From an uncultured Acidobacteriaceae bacterium (GTDB taxonomy: Bacteria; Acidobacteriota; Terriglobia; Terriglobales; Acidobacteriaceae): a stretch of DNA of 64,000 nt. Positions 48,574 through 58,028 of this stretch are shown here, piece by piece. The notes below the pieces were generated by a model. The model was not told the origin of the DNA. It made no database searches and worked only from the letters and a program-made list of their open reading frames with translations. The stretch lies in contig CAWHLU010000003.1 in NCBI GenBank assembly GCA_963830285.1, forward strand, positions 79,416 to 143,415, read 5' to 3'. The position numbers were made by a program, and so were the translations under genes. Positions within the stretch are counted from its first letter, which is position 1. Each line of letters opens with the position of its first letter.

Positions 48574-49599
48574 ATGCACAAGCGCACGCGAAGAACGCTG
48601 TGGGTCGTTGCCGGAGTCTTGTTGTTGCTGGCGATCGCGGTTTTCCTTCGCTCCAAGGCGCCGCCCGAAGCGGCCCGCCTGCTGCCCGAGTGCGACGGCA
48701 TCCTCTATTTCAACCTCAAGCCCGTCCGCACCTTTCTGCACAAGAGATCTGAAGCCGCCGCATCGCGTGCCCGAATACCAGGAATTCGTCGACGCCACCG
48801 GCATTGACTGGGAACAGGACCTCGACTCTGCCGCCGTCGCCCTGCATCGCATGCCGGACCCCAATGGCCCCAACGGCCCTGTCGCCTACTCCATGGTCCT
48901 GACCGGAAAGCTCACCGGAAAGCGCCTCAACACCTGGCTCGATGAGCACGCCTCCAGCCGCGAAGTCTACGCCGGCCACACCATTTACAGCATTCCGTCC
49001 GAGGGTCGGACCGTCCGCGTCGTTCAGGTGGGATACGACATGATCGCCGCCTCAAACTTTCCCACCACCGAGAAGATTCACTCGATCATCGACCGCCATC
49101 GCACCGCCGCCCTGCCCTTCGCCGGATCAACCCTCCTGCAGCACCACTACCACGATGTTCCCCTGCTGGCCGTCGCCTGGGGTGTCGGCCAGATCGGCCT
49201 GCCCTTCTCCGAAAGCGGGGCCATCAAGGTACTCGGCCTCTCGCTGCCCCTTCAGGATGACTCAACCATCATCGCCAGCCTCACGCCGGGCCTTCCCCTG
49301 GCGAGCTCTGTGCATCTTCGCCTCGAAGAGATCGCTCCCGATGATGAGAAGGCCGCCAGCCAGGCAGCCGCCCTCGCCACCATCGTGACCCTGGCCCGCG
49401 GACGTCACCACCCAGCTTTCCAACGACCCCGCCAACAATGCCCTTCGCGAAGCTGCTGAAAACCGCCGAAGTGACGCAGAAACGCAATCGCGTCATCGCC
49501 ACTGCCAACCTCTCGCCCTCCTTTCTGAGTCAAATTACCAATAGCGAAAATTCCGTCCGCGCCCCGGCAACCCCACGTTCGCAGGACGCATCGAAGTAA
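48574..49599 (+). CDS. Membrane-anchored hypothetical protein (frameshifts near 48745, 49400 and 49445)
   Basis: Contiguous coding-like pieces 48568-48807 and 48608-49459, and a tail LLKTAEVTQKRNRVIATA...SK* ending 49599. Confidence 0.7.
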
Positions 49600-49804
49600 A
49601 AGACGTGATTCTCCAGAATGCGTCGTGCATTACTGTGCTATATACAGGCCGCCGGCAGGTGCGTTCCCTCCTCCTGGGTTGGGGGTGGAACCAAACCGGC
49701 GGCCTTTCCATCTTTGCGCCTTTTTTCTCGACTCCGGCTGCTCCCTTCTCGCATCTTGTTTGTAGGCATAAGCTAAGGTCTCCACTGAAACCCGGAGAGG
49801 TCTC

Positions 49805-51124
49805 ATGATTCGCTTTCTCAGAACGCAAGCGCTGGTGTTCCTGGTTTTCTGTTTGTTATTGATGGTTGCAGTCGCCGCGATAAGATCCTCTCCGACCCCC
49901 GTTCTGACCGGCCAGGCCGCTTTTACCGATGCGGCCCACGAGTCTCCCGGCATCCGCCGCCACCTCACCGTCGCCGACCTGCCCGCGCCGGCTCCCGACC
50001 AGTCCGTCGACAACGGCCCCAGCATGGTCCCCCGCCCCGCCAACGCCTGGCCCATCGCGCCCAAAGGCTTCAAGGTCGAACTCTACGCCACCGGCCTCGA
50101 CAATCCCCGCCTGCTCCGCGTCGCGCCCAACGGCGACCTCTTCCTCGCCGAAAGCGCATCCGGCAAAATCAAGGTCTTTCGCGGCGTTACGGCCGACGGC
50201 AAGCCCCAGCAGACATCCGTCTTCGCCGAAGGCCTGCACCAGCCCTTCGGCATCGCGTTCTATCCCTCGGGACCCAATCCCAAGTACGTCTACATCGGCG
50301 ATACCGACGGCATCGTGCGCTTCCCTTATGAAAATGGCGATCTGAAGGCCCGCGGCGCCGCGGAAGACCTGGCCGACCTGCCCGGCGGCGGACGCCTGCG
50401 CGGCGGCGGCCACTGGACCCGCGACCTGGTCTTCTCCAAGGATGGCACCAAGCTCTTCGCCTCCGTCGGATCGCACTCCAACGTCGACGACAGCGACACT
50501 CACCCTGAGGAGTACCACCGCGCCGACGTGCTCCAGTTCACGCCCGAGGGCAAGTTCGTCAAGATCTACGCATGGGGCATTCGCAACTGCGTGGGCGAGG
50601 CCATCAACCCCATCACCGGCGAACTCTGGTGCTCCACCAACGAGCGCGACGGCCTGGGCAACAACCTCGTGCCCGACTACGTGACGCATGTTCAGGAGGG
50701 CGGCTTCTACGGCTGGCCCTGGTGGTACATGGGCGGGCACCAGGACCCGCGCCACATCGGCAAGCACCCTGAGCTGCAGTCCAAGGTCATCACCCCCGAC
50801 ATCATCGTCAACCCGCACTTCGCCTCGCTCGAGATGACGTTCTACGAGGGGTCGCAATTCCCCGCCGAGTTCAAAGGCGACGGCTTCGCCTGCGAGCACG
50901 GCTCATGGAACCGCGCCCAGCGCTCCGGCTACGAAGTCATCCGCCTGCCCATGAAGAACGGCCACGCCACCGGCGAGTACGAGGACTTCCTCACCGGCTT
51001 CACCGAGGGCGACGGCCAGGTCTGGGGGCGCCCCGTCGGCGTTGCCGAAGCCCACGACGGCTCGCTCTTCATCTCCGACGACGGCTCCAGGTCCATCTGG
51101 CACGTCATCTACACCGGCAAATAG
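49805..51124 (+). CDS. Glucose/sorbosone dehydrogenase (PQQ-type beta-propeller) family protein
   Basis: PKGFKVELYATGLDNPR, HWTR, GIRN, NERDGLG, GFYGWPW, HGSWNR, GRPVGV. Confidence 0.92.
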   Translation: MIRFLRTQALVFLVFCLLLMVAVAAIRSSPTPVLTGQAAFTDAAHESPGIRRHLTVADLPAPAPDQSVDNGPSMVPRPANAWPIAPKGFKVELYATGLDNPRLLRVAPNGDLFLAESASGKIKVFRGVTADGKPQQTSVFAEGLHQPFGIAFYPSGPNPKYVYIGDTDGIVRFPYENGDLKARGAAEDLADLPGGGRLRGGGHWTRDLVFSKDGTKLFASVGSHSNVDDSDTHPEEYHRADVLQFTPEGKFVKIYAWGIRNCVGEAINPITGELWCSTNERDGLGNNLVPDYVTHVQEGGFYGWPWWYMGGHQDPRHIGKHPELQSKVITPDIIVNPHFASLEMTFYEGSQFPAEFKGDGFACEHGSWNRAQRSGYEVIRLPMKNGHATGEYEDFLTGFTEGDGQVWGRPVGVAEAHDGSLFISDDGSRSIWHVIYTGK

Positions 51125-51163
51125 CCTCTGCTTTGGCGTTTCAAAATAACCTCTGGCCTTGCG

Positions 51164-51240
51164 TGTCATCCTGAACGGAGCGCATTGGGGCCCCATGGAC
51201 ACACCGTGTCCATGGGGTAGGCGTAGTGAAGGATCTGCAT
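51164..51240. repeat. REP-like element TGTCATCCTGA...GAAGGATCT with a nested perfect palindrome
   Basis: Outer GTCATCCTGAACGGAGC...GTGAAGGATCT; inner CCCCATGGACAC-ACC-GTGTCCATGGGG. Confidence 0.7.
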
Positions 51241-51288
51241 TTCCATGTGCCCGACCAGCAGTCATCGATGGAGCCCTCTCATCGGCGA

Positions 51289-52764
51289 TTACGGCGTCGC
51301 GGGCGGCGGAGCAAAGTCGCTGAGATTGAACGGCCGCGTGGATTCTCCCGGCGGCTTGATGGTGAGGATGAGCGCGACTCCCGGCGGCGACCCCTGGAAA
51401 TACGGCACGTGGATCGTATGCCGGCCGACCGCAAGATTGACCTTCGCGGTTTTGGACTGGGCGGGGTGAAGTTCGTCATTGTCGATAAGCTGCTGGTTAT
51501 CGATTTCGAGCCGGGAACCGTCGTCGGACTCGAGATCGAATTTATATTCGCCGGGTTTGGTGATGTAGAACTCGCCGTAGTAATCCACGCCGAACCACAT
51601 CACGGAGTGCGATATTCCGGGAATCCCCACAGCCCCGGTGATGTCCTGGTCTACGACGTTCAGAGCATTGGCATAGATAGAGCCGATGGGGTCGAGATTC
51701 CAAAAATCCGGAAGCACCGCGGCGCCGTAGGAGATCTCGTAGACATCGCCGCAAAACGAGTTCGGGAGCGGGGTGACGACGCCGAAGGCGCGAATGGTTC
51801 CCACGGGAGGCGGTTGGAATTTATCTTGATTGCCCTGCCCGGCAAGTGAGACCGGGCGCGACACGTCCACGATACCCAGGTTGCCGGTCTCGTGCTCGCG
51901 GACGACCAGGCGCACAAGGTGTGGCGTTTCGCCGGGGATCTCGAGCATCTTGCTGAAACCGTGAGCCTCGGCGTCCTGAACTTCGGAGGGAGCGAGCTGG
52001 TGGTCGGTTGAAGTGTGAAAGTACTGGGCAAGATTGCCGGAGGCATCGAAGGTGCACATGCCAAAGTCGAGGTGGACATGCGTGTTGCTTCCGTTGAGGC
52101 CTATACCGGCAAGAGACTCTGGGCGTACAACGACTTCGTAGCGAGTCGCATTTCCACCGACGACTGGGTGAGCGGTAATGGCAAGCGTGGGTGGGATGAT
52201 CGTATGGAAGCAGGCGGCGTCGCCAAGAGCGATGCTTTCGGCGGAGTCTTTGGTCTCTTTGGCGGCGGATCCGCTGGGGGTGGGGCCTACATAGTAGCGA
52301 TGCCGGAACGAGAGCGTGACCTGTGCGCGCGTGCTTTTGATCAGGATCTGGTGAAACCCGGGCTCCGGCGAGGCCTGAATTGCGATCTGGTAGTGAGGCG
52401 TGGCGCTCAGTGCACAGGTCGCGCCCGACCGGATGCTGAATCCGCTCTCCCGTCCTCCGGCGTGGCCGGGATCGTTTTGCGGGTCGATGATGCGCATGGA
52501 AAGAATGTGCTTGGGATTCTTATCGGCATGCTTGCCGGCATCGAAAACCTGGAATTCATTCTCCGCAAGATCGCCAACCGGTTTATGGTTCTTGTCTCGC
52601 GCGATCACATCCAGCACCACCTCGCGGGTAGTGACACGCAGGACCATTGGAGTCTCGGGCTGAGGGGAGGGCGACGTTTCTTGCGCGGCCATCGGAAGGC
52701 AGAGCGAAGGAACGAGGCAGGACGCAAGGACAAGAAGGTGATGACGGCCGTTCTTGCTGGACAT
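51289..52764 (-). CDS. Secreted PA14-domain protein with acidobacterial VWFA-type N-terminus
   Basis: LRVTTREVVLDVIARD N-terminus; GEYKFDLESDDGSRLEID...IDND..H...GRHTIHVPYFQ PA14 domain. Confidence 0.82.
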   Translation of the reverse strand: MSSKNGRHHLLVLASCLVPSLCLPMAAQETSPSPQPETPMVLRVTTREVVLDVIARDKNHKPVGDLAENEFQVFDAGKHADKNPKHILSMRIIDPQNDPGHAGGRESGFSIRSGATCALSATPHYQIAIQASPEPGFHQILIKSTRAQVTLSFRHRYYVGPTPSGSAAKETKDSAESIALGDAACFHTIIPPTLAITAHPVVGGNATRYEVVVRPESLAGIGLNGSNTHVHLDFGMCTFDASGNLAQYFHTSTDHQLAPSEVQDAEAHGFSKMLEIPGETPHLVRLVVREHETGNLGIVDVSRPVSLAGQGNQDKFQPPPVGTIRAFGVVTPLPNSFCGDVYEISYGAAVLPDFWNLDPIGSIYANALNVVDQDITGAVGIPGISHSVMWFGVDYYGEFYITKPGEYKFDLESDDGSRLEIDNQQLIDNDELHPAQSKTAKVNLAVGRHTIHVPYFQGSPPGVALILTIKPPGESTRPFNLSDFAPPPATP

Positions 52765-53026
52765 GAGCACAACTGTATCGCACAGGGCGAAAGGCAGGGA
52801 AAGGTAACCGGTGGTCGTCGGGGATTGTGCCTTGGCCCTCCGGCGGGCTACTCTCCGTTCCCCTGTCCCCTGTTCCTCGTCTGTCAAGCCCCGGAATGAC
52901 TGCTCACCCGGCTAAGCTGCTGAAACAATGAGCGAAATTCTCTGCCGGACTCTTGCAGGTAATTTCGCGTCTTAGGCGCACAATGAACCTGAAGTCCAAA
53001 TTCAGCTAAGAAGGTTGCTCTTGATC

Positions 53027-53111
53027 GTCCCTGCTCCCCTGGTCCCTTGGTCCCTGGTCCCTAGTCCCTGGTCCCTAGTCCCTGGTCCCTGGTCCCTGCT
53101 CCTGCTCCCTG
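53027..53111. repeat. Solo heptamer tandem array N, (GTCCCTR)n, ~12 units
   Basis: GTCCCTG GTCCCTA GTCCCTG GTCCCTA GTCCCTG GTCCCTG... with no inverted partner nearby. Confidence 0.92.
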
Positions 53112-53260
53112 CCTCTAAGTCCTTTACGTTGACGTCTCTAGACTTAACTTCTTGATTGAGACGACTTTGCCGCAGGACTGCAACCATAACCAACATCGAA
53201 TCATCAAGTTCCATCCAGAATATGGGTGGGGGGGTGCCTCCGTGTACCCGGGAGATTATC

Positions 53261-53422
53261 GTGTTCGACGAATGTAGACACCTGATGCCGAGTGGTCGCA
53301 AATGCCACTCACCCGCTCTTCGCGACATGCCTTACTGTTACTTCCACGATCGCCTGCATCGTCGTGCCCTGTCCGCGACTCACCCGCCCCGTAACGGCCG
53401 CAGGCCTCGACAACAACCGTGA
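53261..53422 (+). CDS. 53-aa Cys/His zinc-finger-like protein, possibly truncated
   Basis: GTG start with SD GGAG; CRHLMPSGRKCHSPALRDMPYCYFH. Confidence 0.55.
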   Translation: MFDECRHLMPSGRKCHSPALRDMPYCYFHDRLHRRALSATHPPRNGRRPRQQP

Positions 53423-53537
53423 CATGATGCGCCTCGGGTTAGGTGTGCCAGGGTTTCAACACGCCGGGGTGAGGCTTATGAAAATGATCTGACGCGATCT
53501 CGAGAGCTACCTTGACCGGCAACCAACCGGTTGCACT

Positions 53538-54506
53538 TCAAAACAGGCGGAAGTTCACCATGACTGAAATGCGCACCGCTACCGGCTTCCCGTCCTTGCG
53601 CGCGGGCTTGAAGCGGTACTTCATCACCGCCTGCAGCGCCTTCTCGTCAAGTCCCATGCCCAGGGCACGAACAACGCGCGGGCTCTGCGGATTTCCCTGC
53701 GCGTCAATAATCACCGAGATCATGCACACGCCCTCGTATTTCTGGCGCCGTGCCTCGTCTGAAAATTCCGCCTCGGGCGTGAAGATCGGAATCGGTTGCG
53801 AAACGCCTCCCACTCCCGGCTTGTAGATGCCGTTTCCTGAATCCGGACCCCAGCCCGGACCGCTCCCAGGGCCATAGCCGCCATCGGGACCGAAGCCGAT
53901 GCCACCATGGCTGCCCGGACCGCCGGAGACGACCGTAACATTTGCCGAGTTGTGCATACCGATCATCGGCATCGCCGGATTGTCGGGCAGCTTGATGTCT
54001 GGAGGAACGGCGATGCTGTTATCCAGCGCCAGCTTTGGATGATCGAGCAGGGGCACCTGCACCTTCTCAATCGCATTCATATCAAGCTTCGGCGGTCTGC
54101 CTCTGTTCGGATCGAGCGCATCGTTCGTTCCGCCGCCCTGTCCGCCATGCGACGAATCGGCTCTCGATGGTGCGAATAATGGAAAGTTGTCGATGTGAAA
54201 CCCGGAATCCGGTCGGTGTGTCGGATCGCTGTGAACAACCGCACGCACGCCCATCATCAGCAGCAGAGCCAGGATGCCGCCGTTCAGCAGCGTGGCCGTA
54301 CCGACGGCCCACGGATTGGTGTTCGATGCCATCCGGTCCGTTATCGGAACCGGCGTGGATGTCAACTCCAGCGGGGGAAGTTTCGGCGGAAAGAAGCGGT
54401 CGCGAATGCTCTCATAGAGCCCCGGCCAGAGGTGCTGATCTTCGATAGTCGTGAAAAATGGATTGGGCGCGGGCCCGCGCTCGCCTGCACGATCTGGCAA
54501 TGTCAT
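53538..54506 (-). CDS. Energy transducer TonB family protein
   Basis: TM, Pro/Gly-rich linker, PEAEFSDEARRQKYEG...LGMGLDEKALQAVMKYRFKPARKDGKPV. Confidence 0.92.
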   Translation of the reverse strand: MTLPDRAGERGPAPNPFFTTIEDQHLWPGLYESIRDRFFPPKLPPLELTSTPVPITDRMASNTNPWAVGTATLLNGGILALLLMMGVRAVVHSDPTHRPDSGFHIDNFPLFAPSRADSSHGGQGGGTNDALDPNRGRPPKLDMNAIEKVQVPLLDHPKLALDNSIAVPPDIKLPDNPAMPMIGMHNSANVTVVSGGPGSHGGIGFGPDGGYGPGSGPGWGPDSGNGIYKPGVGGVSQPIPIFTPEAEFSDEARRQKYEGVCMISVIIDAQGNPQSPRVVRALGMGLDEKALQAVMKYRFKPARKDGKPVAVRISVMVNFRLF

Positions 54507-54640
54507 ACGTTCCTTCCGCGCAGCTGAATTCCAGCTGCATCGATCGAATGACTTTGCTCAGATAGACCGGTAGATTTGTGGTTTGTCACCGCTGAGAGCA
54601 AATTTTCGTGCCCTCGTTCAGGAACGGCCAAAGGCTGATT

Positions 54641-57600
54641 TCATCGCCAGTTTCCCATCAGGACGAACGGCGCCCAGTAGTAGGGATGCGCATAGGTGGC
54701 AGGAGCCGGACCCGTCTCGGTCTCAAGTCCCCGGCTGCTTGCGTCCGCCACTGGTTTCACTCCTCCCAGCAGCAGATCAAGCTGGGCCTTGCGCAGCGCT
54801 TCCGCTTTGGTCACCTTGCCTGCGCCGGCCGTCCAGCGCTTGTAGAAGTCGCCCATCAGCTGGCCCGTGCTGTTGTCGTTTACCGACCACAGCGACGAGA
54901 TCACTGCCTTCGCTCCCTTCAGTTGCGCTGTCGTTCCCAGTCCATCCACTTCGCGACCGTTGCTGGAGCTGCCGCTCATTCCCGTCTCGCAGGCTGACAG
55001 CGTCAGCAGATCGGTATGGCGCAGCGAGAGGTTCCGGTTGTCGCGAAAGTCCGCAACGGTCAAATGAAATCCCGCACCGCTGCCGTCCTTGCCCGCCAAC
55101 AGCAGATAACTCTGGCTGTCGTCTCCCGGCTTGAACACAAAGTGGCTCGCAATGTGCACCACGCTGTGTTTCGCGCTCAACTGGTCCTCCATCGCTTTCT
55201 CGGTAAACTGGCCATCCAGCAGAATCGTTCCCGGAAGCGCACCGTTTGCGCCCTCCACCTTCGCGTCTTTCACCACATCGCGCAATTCGCCTGCGACCGC
55301 GGGCAGAGCGGGCAATTCATCCTCATACTTCCGAGCGATGCCCATGGCGGCCACGCTGAGGTTCGCCACATCCGGCTTGTCCTCCAGCAGCGCGATACTG
55401 GCCGGCGTAATCGTCACCGTGTTGTACTTCTCCACGAGGTATTGCTTCCCGTCGTAGAGTGCGGCCATCGGCACATAGCGCAATACGCCGTCCAGCGACC
55501 AGACCAGCGTCTCCGCTTTTGCCTGTTCCAGCTCCGCACGCACCGGACCGACCAGGATGGTATACATCGCCTGCGCCTGCGGCTTCGGGTCGCGTTTCGG
55601 GTCACGCAGCGCCTGCTCAAACTCCGCGACTTTCTTGTTCAATTCCGTATCGGCAATCGCAAACTCCCGCGCCACCGTCGCAGCCGAAGTAATCAAAATC
55701 ACTCTGTAGTGGTCGCTCGTCACCATGGTGTAGAGCGCCACCGTGCCCGGTGACTCGGCGATCTGCTCTTCGAGGGCGCTCACGTTCCCTTTCACGTCCG
55801 CCAGCTGCTTGTTCGCCGCGCTGTCTTTTCCAAACAGCACATAAAGCCGCGCATAGTAGTCGTCCAACGCTTTGTTCGCGGCGTTGAGCTGATCGGAGAG
55901 CTGCTGGAATTGCTTTTCCTGTTCCGGGGTGCGCGCGCTCATGTTCTTGAGTTCCGCCCACTGCTCACCCGCCGCGACAAGTTGCCCGGTCGACTTCTCG
56001 TAATCCTGTTCCGCCTTCTGCTCCGCCGAGGTGAGCGTCAGCGGGCTAAGCGCGTCCGTTGCCGCTCCGCGCACATAATCCGAGTACTCCTGCTGCTTCA
56101 GCAAATCGAGCACCTGCTGTGCCTCCGGCAACCGGCCCTGGGCAATCAGCAGATCCGCCAGGTCGTGATAGAAGTCTGCCTTCGACGCCACAAATGTCGA
56201 TTGCAGCCCCTTGTCCAGCCCTTGCATATTGCTGCGGACCTGTTGCAGCAGGTTCACCGATTGCTTGCCATAGAAGATGGCCAGGGCGGGCTGTTCTTTG
56301 TGCACGCGCATCATGCCATAAAGCACCATCGACAAGATGAGGGGATCGTTGCCGGCCTTGGCCAGCGGCAGGGCCGCATTCAGGTTCGCGAGCGCTTTTG
56401 CATTGTCGCCTCTGTCAAAGTAGACTCGTGCGAGCGCGATATGCGCGATCGTCTCGTTTTGGCGATCAGATGACTGCTGCAGAATTTCGAGGCCCTGTTG
56501 GATTGACTCCAGCGCCTTTGGATCGTCGCCCATTTTGTGGTATGCCATGCCCGCGCTTATGCGTGCCATGCCCTCGCCGCGCCGGTTGGCCGCGCCAGCT
56601 TGCAAAGCGATGGCCCGATTCAAAACCTCGACCGCCTTTGCTTTGTCGTTGAGCTCCACGTATGCGGAACCCATGTTGTTCAACGTCAATTCTTCCGTGG
56701 CGCGGTCGCCCGTTGCGGTCACGATCGGCAGCACCTGGTTATAACATTCCAGCGCTTTCTGCCTGTCTCCGAGGTCCTGATAGATTCTCCCCGTATTCAT
56801 CAGCACCGTGGCTTCGCCGCGGCGATCGCCTGCCGCGCGTAGAATCGGCAACGCCTGGTTGTAGTAGCCCAGCGCCTTCTCTTTTTCTCCCAGGTCAGAC
56901 AAGGCGAGGCCAATGTTGCTCATCGTCGATCCACTTTCATTCGCCATGTGCAGGCGTTGAAAGATCGGGAGGGCTTCGTTGAAGGTTTCGAGTGCTTTCT
57001 GATTCTCTCCGAGCGTAATTTCGCCCGTGCCCATCTTGTTCAGCGCCGTGGCCAGAATTCGTGGGAAGTTCGATTGGCGGGCAATGGCCACGGCCTGCGC
57101 GTAATAGTCCATGGCCTTCTTGTCACTCAGGCTGGAGTAGATGTCTCCGATGCCGATCAGCACACTGGCCTCGCCCTTTCGATCGCCCGCCGCCTGGAAA
57201 GCATCGTGCGCCTGCCGTGCGTACTCGAGTGCTTTCCCTGTGTTTCCCGCGGCGTTGTAGCCCCTCGCGATCTCCGCCAGGATAGCGGCTTCTCCCGCGT
57301 GGTCGCCCATCTCTCTCCGAATCGCCAGAGCCTGGTTCGCGTAATCGAGAGCCTTCCCCGGCTGATTCTGGCCAGCGTAGAGAATTGCGAGCCCATTCAG
57401 CGCGTCTGCCTTGCCTCCAGTAATCCCTTGCGCCGTGGCAATCTCGAGTGCCTGTTGAAACGCCTGCATTGCTTCCTGAGCCTGACCGCTCTTGACGGCC
57501 ACGTTGCCCAACCCGTTCAGCGCCGCCACGCCCTGTTCTGCATCCTTTACCAGGTTGGCTGCCGCAGCAGCGCGGTTGTAGGCCGCAAGCGCATTCTGCG

Positions 57601-57892
57601 CATTGCCCGCGCGAAACCACAACGCTCCAATCTGATTCTGTGTCTTTGCCACCGCCCGGGCATCCCGCGCTGCGATTGCAGACTTAAGTGTTGCCAGCAG
57701 CGCAGCGAGCCCAGCCTGATCCTCCGCAGACAGCTGCGAACTCGCAGCGTCCGCCCCCGGTGCCGTATTACCAGACGCCGGCGCCTGCATCTCTTCGGCG
57801 ATGCCTGCAAATGGCACGAGCGGTGCCATCAAGGCCAGCAAGAACAACATCGCGTTCGCGAAGGTTTTTGGGGCGAAGCGGGGATTCACCAT
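54641..57892 (-). CDS. TPR-repeat plus CHAT (caspase-like) domain protein
   Basis: Many A..LN.LG..Y...G....AL..Y.QAL repeats; VHIASHF and LSACET catalytic motifs; HPYYWAPF; start uncertain (57850-57991). Confidence 0.92.
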   Translation of the reverse strand: MVNPRFAPKTFANAMLFLLALMAPLVPFAGIAEEMQAPASGNTAPGADAASSQLSAEDQAGLAALLATLKSAIAARDARAVAKTQNQIGALWFRAGNAQNALAAYNRAAAAANLVKDAEQGVAALNGLGNVAVKSGQAQEAMQAFQQALEIATAQGITGGKADALNGLAILYAGQNQPGKALDYANQALAIRREMGDHAGEAAILAEIARGYNAAGNTGKALEYARQAHDAFQAAGDRKGEASVLIGIGDIYSSLSDKKAMDYYAQAVAIARQSNFPRILATALNKMGTGEITLGENQKALETFNEALPIFQRLHMANESGSTMSNIGLALSDLGEKEKALGYYNQALPILRAAGDRRGEATVLMNTGRIYQDLGDRQKALECYNQVLPIVTATGDRATEELTLNNMGSAYVELNDKAKAVEVLNRAIALQAGAANRRGEGMARISAGMAYHKMGDDPKALESIQQGLEILQQSSDRQNETIAHIALARVYFDRGDNAKALANLNAALPLAKAGNDPLILSMVLYGMMRVHKEQPALAIFYGKQSVNLLQQVRSNMQGLDKGLQSTFVASKADFYHDLADLLIAQGRLPEAQQVLDLLKQQEYSDYVRGAATDALSPLTLTSAEQKAEQDYEKSTGQLVAAGEQWAELKNMSARTPEQEKQFQQLSDQLNAANKALDDYYARLYVLFGKDSAANKQLADVKGNVSALEEQIAESPGTVALYTMVTSDHYRVILITSAATVAREFAIADTELNKKVAEFEQALRDPKRDPKPQAQAMYTILVGPVRAELEQAKAETLVWSLDGVLRYVPMAALYDGKQYLVEKYNTVTITPASIALLEDKPDVANLSVAAMGIARKYEDELPALPAVAGELRDVVKDAKVEGANGALPGTILLDGQFTEKAMEDQLSAKHSVVHIASHFVFKPGDDSQSYLLLAGKDGSGAGFHLTVADFRDNRNLSLRHTDLLTLSACETGMSGSSSNGREVDGLGTTAQLKGAKAVISSLWSVNDNSTGQLMGDFYKRWTAGAGKVTKAEALRKAQLDLLLGGVKPVADASSRGLETETGPAPATYAHPYYWAPFVLMGNWR

Positions 57893-58028
57893 ACAGAACC
57901 TCGTTGGTGCAGGGACAATCAGGAGGACGGCCAAACGTTGTCGAAGTTTACACGAGTTCACGCAATCAGCCGTCATTCGGCATGAGGGCACATCGGCGTA
58001 TCTGCCGGGAACCTGCTCTTTCGGTCGG

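Noticed and set aside
53002-53328. ORF with RDQGPGTRDQGLGT repeats, and similar SDQWSVVS/LITDH ORFs at other junctions
   Set aside because: Translations of the heptamer DNA repeats, not proteins.
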